Source of the DNA: Mobula hypostoma
Taxonomy: Eukaryota
Direction of reading: 5' to 3'
Assembly (NCBI RefSeq): GCF_963921235.1
Contig: NC_086097.1
Coordinates: forward strand, 4,154,001-4,218,000
DNA length: 64,000 bases
In this document: positions 1 to 10,220 of the stretch, piece after piece
Numbering within the stretch: the first letter of the stretch is position 1
Layout: each line of letters starts with the position of its first letter
The notes under the pieces: generated by a model
The model's database searches: none
The model's input: only the letters and a program-made list of their open reading frames with translations
Told to the model about the DNA's origin: nothing
Translations under genes and position numbers: made by a program

Positions 1-1418
1 CTATCTCAGTATCATCTGCATACTTACTAATCCAATTTACCACCCCATCATCCAGATCATTAATGTATATGACAAACAACATTGGACCCGGTACAGATCC
101 CTGAGGTACACCACTAGTCCCCGGCCTCCAATCTGACAAACAGTTATTCACCACTACTCTCTGGCGTCTCCCATCCAGCCACTGCTGAATCCATTTTACT
201 ACTTCAATATTAATACCAAACGATTGATCCTCCCTAACTAACCTTCCATGTGGAACCTTGTCAAAGGCCTTACTGAAGTCCATATAGACAACATCTATCG
301 CTTTACCCTTGTCAACTTTCCTAGTAACCTCTTCAAAAAATTCAATAACATTTGTCAAACATGACCTTCCACGCACAAATCCATGTTGACTGTTCCTAAT
401 CAGGCCCTGTCTATCCAGATGATTATGTATACCATCTCTAAGAATACTTTCCATCAATTTACCCACCACTGACGTCAAACTCACAGGCCGATAATTGCTA
501 CGTTTACTCTTAGAACTCTTTTTAAACAATGGAACCACATGAGCAATACGCCAATTCTCTGGCACCATCCCCGTATCTGATGACATTTGAAATATTTCTG
601 TCAGAGCCCCTGCTATTTCCACACCAACTTCCCTGAAGGTCCTAGGGAATATCCTGTCAGGACCCGGAGACTTATCCACTTTTATATTCCTTAAGAGCGC
701 CAGTACTTCCTCTTCTTTAATCATCATAGATTCCATAACTTCCCTACCTGTTTCCCTTACCTTACATAATTCAATATCCTTCTCCTTAGTGAATACTGAA
801 GAAAATAAATTGTTCAGAATCTGCCCCATCTCTTTTGGCTCCACACATAGCTGTCCACTCTGATTCTCTAAGGGACCAATTTTATCCCTCACTATTCTTT
901 TGCTATTAATATAACGGTAGAAACCCTTGGGATTTATTTTCACCTTACTTGCCAAAACAACCTCATATCTTCTTTTAGCTTTTCTAATTTCTTTCTTAAG
1001 ATTCTTTTTACATTCTTTATATTCCTCGGACACCTCATTTACCCCAAACTGCCTATATTTATTGTAGATATCTCTCTTTTTCCGAACCAAGTTTCCAATA
1101 TCCCTTGAAAACCATGGCTCTCTCAAACTTTTAACCTTTCCTTTCAACCTAACAGGAACATAATGATTCTGTACTCTCAAAATTTCACCTTTAAATGACC
1201 TCCATTTCTCTATTACAGCCTTCCCATAAAACAAATTGTCCCAATCCACTCCTTCTAAATCCTTTCACAGCTCCTTAAAGTTAGCCTTTCTCCAATCAAA
1301 AATCTCAACCCTCAGTCCAGACCTATCCTTTTCCATAATTATATTGAAACTAATGGTATGTGATCACTGGACCTAAAGTGCTCCCCAACACATACCTCCG
1401 TCACCTGACCTATCTCAT
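1..1418 (-). mobile_element. CR1 LINE 'A', ORF2 downstream part (EN end, tether, RT), degraded; continues beyond window start
   Basis: Minus strand reads CR1 RT motifs ([32 protein letters not shown]). It joins 5390 onward once the inserted element B is removed. Confidence 0.9.
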
Positions 1419-1514
1419 AGAAACATAGAAACATAGAAAATAGGTGCAGGAGTAGGCCATTCGGCCCTTCGAGCCTGCACCGCCATTTATTATGATCATG
1501 GCTGATCATCCAAC

Positions 1515-4500
1515 TCAGAACCCCGCCCCAGCCTTCCCTCCATACCCCCTGACCCCTGTAGCCACAAGGGCCATATCTAACTCCCTCTTAAACATAGCCA
1601 ATGAACTGGCCTCAACAGTTTGCTGTGGCAGAGAATTCCACAGATTCACCACTCTCTGTGTGAAGAAGTTTTTCCTAATCTCGGTCCTAAAAGGCTTCCC
1701 CTCTATCCTCAAACTGTGACCCCTCGTTCTGGACTTCCCCAACATCGGGAACAATCTTCCTGCATCTAGCCTGTCCAATCCCTTTAGGATCTTATACGTT
1801 TCAATCAGATCCCCCCTCAATCTTCTAAATTCCAACGAGTACAAGCCCAGTTCATCCAGTCTTTCTTCATATGAAAGTCCTGCCATCCCAGGAATCAATC
1901 TAGTGAACCTTCTTTGTACTCCCTCTATGGCAAAGATGTCTTTCCTCAGATTAGGGGACCAAAACTGCACACAATACTCCAGGTGTGGTCTCACCAAGGC
2001 CTTGTACAACTGCAGTAGTACCTCCCTGCTCCTGTACTCGAATCCTCTCGCTATAAATGCCAGCATACCATTCGCCTTTTTCACCGCCTACTGTACCTGC
2101 ATGCCCACTTTCAATGACTGGTGTATAATGACACCCAGGTCTCGTTGCACCTCCCCTTTTCCTAATCGGCCACCATTCAGATAATAATCTGTTTTCCTAT
2201 TTTTGCCACCAAAGTGGATAACTTCACATTTATCCACATTAAATTGCATCTGCCATGAGTTTGCCCACTCACCCAACCTATCCAAGTCACCCTGCATCCT
2301 CTTAGCATCCTCCTCACTGCTAACACTGCCGCCAAGCTTCGTGTCATCCGCAAACTTGGAGATGCTTCATTTAATTCCCTCATCCAAGTCATTAATATAT
2401 ATTGTAAACAACTGGGGTCCCAGCACTGAGCCTTGTGGTACCCCACTAGTCACCGCCTGCCATTCTGCAAAGGTCCCGTTTATTCCCACTCTTTGCTTCC
2501 TGTCTGCTAACCAATTCTCCACCCACACCAATACCTTACCCCCAATACTGTGTGCTTTAAGTTTGCACACTAATCTCCTGTGTGGGACCTTGTCAAAAGC
2601 CTTTTGAAAATCCAAATATACCACATCCACTGGTTCTCCCCTATCCACTCTACTAGTTACATCCTCAAAAAATTCTATGAGATTCGTCAGACATGATTTT
2701 CCTTTCACAAAGCCATGCTGACTTTGTCCGATCATTTCACCGCTTTCCAAATGTGCTGTTATCACATCCTTGATAACTGACTCCAGCAGTTTCCCCACCA
2801 CCGACATTAGGCTAACCGGTCTATAATTCCCCGGTTTCTCTCTCCCTCCTTTTTTAAAAATTGGGGTTACATTAGCCACCCTCCAATCCTCAGGAACTAG
2901 TCCAGAATCTAACGAGTTTTGAAAAATTATCACTAATGCATCCACTATTTCTTGGGCTACTTCCTTAAGCACTCTAGGATGCAGACCATCTGGCCCTGGG
3001 GATTTATCTGCCTTCAATCCCTTCAATTTACCTAACACCACTTCCCTACTAACATGTATTTCACTCAGTTCCTCCATCTCACTGGACCCTCTGTCCCTTA
3101 CTATTTCTGGAAGATTATTTATGTCCTCCTTAGTGAAGACAGAACCAAAGTAATTATTCAATTGGTCTGCCATGTCCTTGCTCCCCATAATCAATTCACT
3201 TGTTTCTGTCTGCAGGGGACCTACATTTGTCTTTACCAGTCTTTTCCTTTTTACATATCTATAAAAGCTTTTACAGTCCGTTTTTATGTTCTCTGCCAGT
3301 TTTCTCTCATAATCTTTTTTCCCCTTCCTAATTAAGCCCTTTGTCCTCCTCTGCTGAACTCTGAATTCCTCCCAGTCCTCAGGTGAGCCACTTTCTCTGG
3401 CTAATTTGTATGCTACTTCTTTGGAATTGATACTATCCCTAATTTCTCTTGTCAGCCACGGGTGCACTACCTTCCTTGATTTATTCTTCTGCCAAACTGG
3501 GATGAACAATTGTTGTAGTTCATCCATGCAACCTTTAAATGCTTGCCATTGCATATCCACCGTCAATCCTTTAAGTGTCATTTGCCAGTCTATCTTAGCT
3601 AATTCACGTCTCATACCTTCAAAGTTCCCCTTCTTTAAGTTCAGAACCTTTGTTTCTGAATTAACTATGTCACTCTCCATATTAATGAAGAATTCCACCA
3701 TATTATGGTCACTCTTACCCAAGGGGCCTCTCACGACAAGATCGCTAATTAACCCTTCCTCATTGCTCAAAACCCAGTCCAGAATAGCCTGCTCTCTAGT
3801 TGGTTCCTCGACATGTTGGTTCAAAAAACCATCCCGCATACATTCCAAGAAATCCTCTTCCTCAGCACCTTTACCAATTTGGTTCACCCAGTCTACATGT
3901 AGATTGAAGTCACCCATTATAACTGCTGTTCCTTTATTGCACACATTTCTAATTTCCTGTTTAATACCATCTCCGACCTCACTACTACTGTTAGGTGGCC
4001 TGTACACAACTCCCACCAGCGTCTTCTGCCCCTTAGTGTTACGCAGCTCTACCCATATCAATTCCACATCTTCCTGGCTTATGTCCTTCCTTTCTATTGC
4101 ATTAATCTCTTCTTTAACCAGCAACGCCACCCCACCTCCCCTTCCTTCATGTCTATCCCTCCTGAATATTGAATATCCCTGAACGTTGAGCTCCCATCCC
4201 TGGTCACCCTGGAGCCATGTCTCTGTGATCCCAACTATATCATAATCATTAATAACAATCTGCACTTTCAATTCATCCACCTTATTACGAATGCTCCTTG
4301 CATTGACACATAAAGCCTTCAGGCGCTCTTTTACAACTCTCTTAGCCCTTGTACAATTATGTTGAAAAGTGGCCCTTTTTAATGCTTGCCCTGGATTTGT
4401 CGGCCTGCCACTTTTACTTTTCTCCTTTGTACTTTTTGCTTCTATGCTCACTTTACACCCCTCTGTCTCTCTGCACTGGTTCCCATCCCTCTGTTGTGAA

Positions 4501-4562
4501 CTAACCTCCTCACGCCTAGCCTCTTTAATTTGATTCCCACCCCCCAACCATTCTAGTTTAAA
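1515..4562 (-). pseudogene. CR1 ORF2 (APE endonuclease + reverse transcriptase) with two in-frame stops and no frameshift
   Basis: ORFs 2367-4547, 2088-2297 and 1515-2084 share one frame, broken by TGA at 2367-2369 and TAG at 2088-2090. Motifs NARS, ETW, GDFN, SDH, PGPDG, FADD. Confidence 0.92.
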
Positions 4563-5389
4563 GTCACCTCAGTAGCCCCCGCTAATCTCCCCGCCAGGAT
4601 ATTGGTCCCCCTAGGATTCAAGTGTAACCCGTCCTTTTTGTACAGGTCACGCCTGCGCCAAACGAGGTCCCAATGATCCAAAAACTTGAATCCCCGCCCC
4701 CTGCTCCAATCCCTCAGCCACGCATTTATCCTCCACCTCATCGCATTCCTACTCTCACTGTCGCGTGGCACAGGCAGTAATCCCGAGATTACTACCTTTG
4801 CGGTCCTTTTTCTCAACTCCCTTCCTAGCTCCCTATATTCTCCTTTCAGGACCTCATCCCTTTTCCTACCTATGTCATTGGTACCTATATGTACCACGAC
4901 CTCTGGCTCCTCACCCTCCCACTTCAGGATATCTTGGACACGATCAGAAATATCCCGGACCCTGGCACCAGGGAGGCAAACTACCATCCGGCTCTCTGGA
5001 CCGCGTCCACAGAATCGCCTATCTGACCCCCTTACTATCGAGCCCCCTATCACAACTGCCCTCCTCTTCCTTGCCCTACCCTTCTGAGCTACAGGGCCAG
5101 ACTCTGTGCCGGAGGCACGGCCACTGTCGCTTCCCCCGGGTAAGCTGTCCCCCCCAACAGTACTCAAACAGGAGTACCTGTTGTTAAGGGGCACAGCCAC
5201 CGGGGTACTCCCCATCACCTGACTTTTCCTCTTCCCCCTCCTAACCGTGACCCACTTGTCTGCCTCCCGTGGCCCCGGCGTGACCACCTGCCTTCCACTC
5301 CTCTCTATCACCTCCTCGCTCTCCCTGACCAGACGAAGGTCATCGAGCTGCAGCTCCAGTTCCGTAACACGGTCCCTTAGGAGCTGCAC
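4553..5389 (-). pseudogene. CR1 'B' ORF1 (coiled coil + SGNH/GDSL esterase-like domain), 5' truncated
   Basis: VIGGSIVR, CLPGA, HIGTND and DGLHLN motifs typical of CR1 ORF1 esterase. Confidence 0.88.
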
Positions 5390-7040
5390 CTCATTCCCTA
5401 ACAGGAGATCCAACACTGCCCCTTCTCTAGTTGGTACCTCTATGTGTTGCTGTAAAAAAACCATCCTGCACACATTTTACAAACTCCAAACCATCCAGCC
5501 CTTTCACAGTATGGGCTTCCCAGTCTATGTGTGGAAAATTAAAATCTTCCACAATCACAACCTTATGCTTACTACAAATATCTGCTATCTCCTTACAAAT
5601 TTGCTCCTCCAATTCTCACTCCCCATTTGCTGGTCTATAATACACCCCTATAAGTGTTACTACACCTTTCCCATTTCTCAATTCCACCCAAATAGCCTCC
5701 CTAGACGAGCCCTCTAATCTATCCTGCCAGAGCACCACTGTAATATTTTCTCTGACAATCAGTGCAACACCTCACCCTCTTGTCCCTCTGATTCTATCAC
5801 ACCTGAAGCAATGAAATCCAGGAATATTTAGTTGCCAATCACACCCCTCCTGTAACCATGTTTCACTAATAGCTACCACATCGTACTTCCAGGTATCAAT
5901 CCATGCTTTAAGCTCATCCACCTTTCTTATAATGCTCCTAGCATTAAAGTAAATGCATTTAAGAAATTTTCCACCTCTTACTCTCTGTTTACCACTAACG
6001 GTGCAAACAACTTTACTATTTTCTTTTTCTTCCTTCTCCCACACATCTGTTCCTACACTCTGGTTCCCCTCCCCCCCCCCCCCCACCGTATCTAGTTTAA
6101 ATCCACTGGAGCCTCTCTAGCAAACCGACCTGCAAGAATATTTGTCCCCCTCCAGTTCAGATGTAGACCGCCCTGCCGGAACAAGTCCCACCTTCCCTGG
6201 AAAACTGCCCAATTATCTATAAATCTGAAGCCCTCCCTCCTGCACCATGTCTTCAGCCATACGTTGATCTGCGCTATCTTACTATTTCTAAACCCACCTG
6301 CACGTGGCACTTGTAGGAATCCTGAGATTGCTATCCTCGAGGCCCTGTCCTTTAACTTGGCGCCTAACTCCCTAAACTCACCTTACAGGACCTCCTCACT
6401 CTTCCTACCCACGTCATTGGTCCCTACATGGACCACAACATCCGGCTGCTCACCTTCCCTCTTGAGAATACCAAGAACTCGATCCAAGATATCGCGGACC
6501 TTGGCTCCAGGGAGGCAACAGACCATCCGGGATTCTCAATCTCTTCCACAGAACCTCTTATCTGTCCCCCTAACTATCAAATCCCCTATCATTACTGCTG
6601 TCCTCTTTTCCCCCCTTCCCTTCTGAGCTGAGGGTCCCAGAGACACAACCACTGCAACTTGTCCCTGGTAGGTCATCCCCCTCAACAGTATCCAAAATGA
6701 TGTACTTATTGGTGGAACGGCCACAGGGGTGCTCTGCTCATTCTGTCTATTCCCCTTCCCTCTCCTGACCATCACCCAGCTACCTGTCTCCTGACCCTTA
6801 GGGGTGACTATCTCCCTGTAACTCCTGTTTATTTCTGCCTCTGCCTCCCGAATGATCCGAAGTTCATCCAGCTCCAGCTCCAGTTCCCTAACTTGGTTTG
6901 TCAGGAGCTGCAGCTGGATGCACCTTTTACAGGTGTAGTCATCAGGGACGATTGTGCTCACCCTGGCTTCCCACATCCTGCAAACGAAGCACTCAACTGC
7001 CCTAACTGCTGCCTCCATTACCTACTCCTAAGGTAATTAG
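5390..7040 (-). mobile_element. CR1 LINE 'A' 5' part: ORF1 (CxxC zinc finger, esterase) and ORF2 endonuclease, degraded
   Basis: ORFs 6536-7018 (CFVC...CKRC), 6092-6310 (GLHLN) and 5772-6086 (YFNARS, SETW). Confidence 0.9.
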
Positions 7041-7045
7041 ATTTA

Positions 7046-8290
7046 TTAATGGAACTTACACCGCCTTACCTCACTTGTTATTAGGCTGCCAAGGTATCTG
7101 AATTTGTTGACTTGTTTGATGTTTGTATTTCCGATCTTGATCACACATTGTGGGATGTTTGTCTTTCTGAAGATGACCGTACTTTCTGTCTTTTTGGTGT
7201 TGATTGAGAGGCCTCTGTGATTACTTTCTGCTGCCACTAGAGTGAGTAGTTCTTGAAGTTTTGCTTCTGAGTCAACTATTAGTACGATGTATTCAGCATA
7301 GCTGATGTTATTTATATAATGGCCTCCAATTGTGAATCCTTTGATGTCTTTGATATTTCTCAAGATATTTTCACTATACAGGTTGAATAAGTCTGGTGAA
7401 AAGACACAACCTTGCCTGACTCCTCTCATGATATTCACATACTCACTCACTTCTCCTTCTATTCTGATCGATGCTGTCTGGTCCCAGTATAAGTTTCTTA
7501 AGAAACGTATATCTTTCCCATCTATGTCAAGATATTGAAGCATTTCCAGAAGACCTTGGTGTCTGACAGTGTCAAAAGCTTTTGTATAGTCAATGAAACA
7601 TAGGTAGATGTCTTTTTGTGCCTGGATAGCTCGTTCACAGATCATCCATAGCATGAAAATTACATTTCTGGTTCCAGTGTTTTCCACAAAACAGCATTGT
7701 TCTTTATTGATTTCTGGTTTTATACAGCGTCTTGCTCTCATCGTGATTACTCTGAGAATAATTTTTGCCACGTGGCTCATCAGGCTTATTGTACGATGTA
7801 ACTCACATTCTGTTGCTCCCTCTTTCTTTGGAAGTGTGATGAACACTGATTTACTTAAATCATCAGGTATCTCCCCATGATCATAGATTTCATTTGCTGT
7901 TTCTGTTATTTTCTCTATTCTGAAATCTTCTAAGGCCGGTATCATTTCAACAGCGATGTTGTCTGGATCAGTTGCTCTGTTATGTTTTGTTTTATTTATG
8001 GGCTAGGTCCTTCAAGATTTTTTTGATGTTCAGGTTTTCTCCTCTTTGGTCTTCAAAAAGTTCTTTTACATATTCTGTAAAATCTGTTTAGGATTTCCTC
8101 TTTGCTCATAATTAAGTTGCCGTATTTTGCCTTGATGCATCCACTTGCTGAGCAAGGTAATTTCCCCGTTAGTTCTTTAATCTTACCTTGCATCAACTTT
8201 GTTGCAGGGTTATGGGTTTGTAGCATTTCTATCTCTGAGCATTTCTCATTTAGCCATCTGTCTTTAGCTTCTCTGCATTTTCCTCCTGGG
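7046..8290 (-). mobile_element. RTE-clade LINE reverse transcriptase fragment
   Basis: ORF 7046-7945 contains ECELHRTISLMSH, FIDYTKAFD, GVRQGCVFSPDLFNLYSE and FRYLGS, typical of RTE. Confidence 0.85.
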
Positions 8291-8324
8291 TATGAGGGTA
8301 AACTACATCCGGCTCTGGAGCATT

Positions 8325-8741
8325 TGCTTTGGGTGACAATCTCCATCAGCACAGGAGCACAGCAGGGATGTGTACTTAGCCCCCTGCTCTACTTGCTTTA
8401 CATCTATGACTGTGTGTCTAAGTACAGCTCCAACACCATATACAAGTTTGCTGATGACACAACTGTTGGCTTTATCAAACGGGGTGATGAATCAGCATAC
8501 AGGAGGGAGATTGAAAACTAGGTTGAGAGGTGTAATAACAACAGACTCGCTCTCAATGCCAATAAGACCGAGGAACTGATTGTAGACTTCAGGAGAGACA
8601 AACCAGAGGTCCATGAGCCAGTAATCATCAGAGGATCAGAGATGGAGCAGGTCGGTAACTTTACATTCCTGGGGTCACTATCTCAGAGGACCTGTCCTGG
8701 TCCCATCATATAAATATTATTGCGATGAAAGCACGACAGTG
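8325..8741 (+). mobile_element. Rex1/Babar-like LINE fragment, 5' part, split by the L1 insertion
   Basis: GAQQGCVLSPLLY, YKFADDTT, DESAYRREI; resumes at 14550. Confidence 0.8.
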
Positions 8742-8775
8742 ACTTCCGGGTCATCAAGGGAATGGCGGCGTAAGG
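8742..8775 (+). promoter_or_regulatory. Putative L1 internal promoter: ETS-like ACTTCCGG and YY1-like AATGGCGGC motifs
   Basis: Both motifs lie in the first ~30 nt of the element; function is inferred from motif identity only. Confidence 0.5.
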
Positions 8776-8871
8776 AAAAGGTCTCTCGACAAAAAAGAAG
8801 GTAAACTGCCCCAAAATCGAATTTAGACAAATACTTAATATTGCATAACTATATTAATAAAAGGGGCAAGG

Positions 8872-9858
8872 ATGATGTCTAAGAACAAGAATAAAAAGTC
8901 CGCTTCGAAGGCTGATAAACATAAAGAGATGCAGCAAGGCGACGGGCCTAGCTCCCCCACGGCAAGCCAGGACGGAGATAATGAGGGGGAATCGGTGACT
9001 CTGTCTTTGATTCTCGGAGAGATTCGTGAGTTCCGACAAGATAACAGCAAACAGCTGGAAGATATTAAAGGAGAAATAGTAAAAACTAACTCGCGGATAG
9101 ATGAAGCCGAAGCGAGGATTGTTGGAATTGAAGAGAAGCTACAAAACGCCGAGGAAGTGATAGCAGAAATGCTGAAGCTACAAGACCAGCTCCAGTGGAA
9201 ACTAATAGATCAAGAAGGCCGCTCGAGAAGGGAAAATGTGAGGATCTACGGAGTTCCCGAAGGAACCGAAGGTAAACCCGGATTGATGATTCCCTTCGTG
9301 GAGAAGCTGCTTAGAGAGAACCTTGATATACCGGCCGCAAAAGACCTACAGATAGAAAGGGCTCACTGCGCGTTGGCACCACAGCCTCCGGCAGGCGCCC
9401 AGCCCAGATCGATTCTGATCAGATTTCTCAGTTACAGAACGAAGGAAGAGGTGCTTAAAAGGGCATGGCAAAAGAAAGGTTTCATGTGGAACAACTGCAA
9501 AATCAGTTTAGACCACGACTACGCACCGGGGATTCTTGCCAAACGGAAGGAATATACGGAAACACGGAGAGTCCTGAAGGAAAACAACATCAGATTCCAG
9601 ACCCTGTATCCAGCTCGGCTGAGAGTCTTTTACGACGAAGGGACAAAAACTTACGCTACGGTGGAGGAGGCAACGTTGGACCTGGCGGACCGGGGACTAC
9701 CTATTAAAGTTATCACCCAACCGGAGTCGCTACTGGAGAGGATTCGGCAGAAGTCGTGGCAGTTAGTGGGGCGAGGACACTCCACTCGAACCAGAGTGTC
9801 AAACTACAAGGAAAAGCTGCAAATATTCAGACGCGAATGTACAGAGAATACAGATTAA
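8872..9858 (+). CDS. L1 ORF1p (coiled coil, RRM, CTD), intact 328 aa
   Basis: EGRSRRENVRIYGVPE, IERAH, PRSILIRF and LYPARL motifs. Confidence 0.9.
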   Translation: MMSKNKNKKSASKADKHKEMQQGDGPSSPTASQDGDNEGESVTLSLILGEIREFRQDNSKQLEDIKGEIVKTNSRIDEAEARIVGIEEKLQNAEEVIAEMLKLQDQLQWKLIDQEGRSRRENVRIYGVPEGTEGKPGLMIPFVEKLLRENLDIPAAKDLQIERAHCALAPQPPAGAQPRSILIRFLSYRTKEEVLKRAWQKKGFMWNNCKISLDHDYAPGILAKRKEYTETRRVLKENNIRFQTLYPARLRVFYDEGTKTYATVEEATLDLADRGLPIKVITQPESLLERIRQKSWQLVGRGHSTRTRVSNYKEKLQIFRRECTENTD

Positions 9859-10220
9859 TTAAGAGAAATGACTGAAAAGAGTAAATCGGACTTAAAAGTA
9901 AAATGAAAACTGGTAACTGAAAATAAACTAGGCGGAATAACTTGAATGATAGCAATATGGTCGAGACATAAATAGGAGAAAATTCTCTATGATTATTCAA
10001 ACTGCTGAGGGCCCTCTAACACAGGGTGAAGATAGAGGTTATCCCTCTGAACTGAGGCGGGTCGGTGCTCAGGCCTCACTGTGGGAAGTCGGGAAAAATT
10101 TTCAAATGTTATACGTTCAGAAATGTCTAGGGTGTGGTTATATGTCTTGGTTTACTGTTGAGAAGGGATTGCTTACTGTTTGGTTAGAAAAGGAGAGTGC
10201 TTTTTTTCTACTAGTGAAAA

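Larger units (their letters stand above)
1416..5389 (-). mobile_element. CR1 LINE 'B', 5'-truncated within ORF1, inserted into CR1 'A'
   Basis: (CATAGAAA)n tail at 1416-1440, 3' UTR, ORF2 and a partial ORF1. CTCAT is duplicated at 1414-1418 and 5390-5394. Confidence 0.93.

Noticed and set aside
3406..4182. 258-aa + strand ORF and similar antisense ORFs over LINEs
   Set aside because: Antisense shadows of CR1 ORF2 codon usage, recurring over many copies
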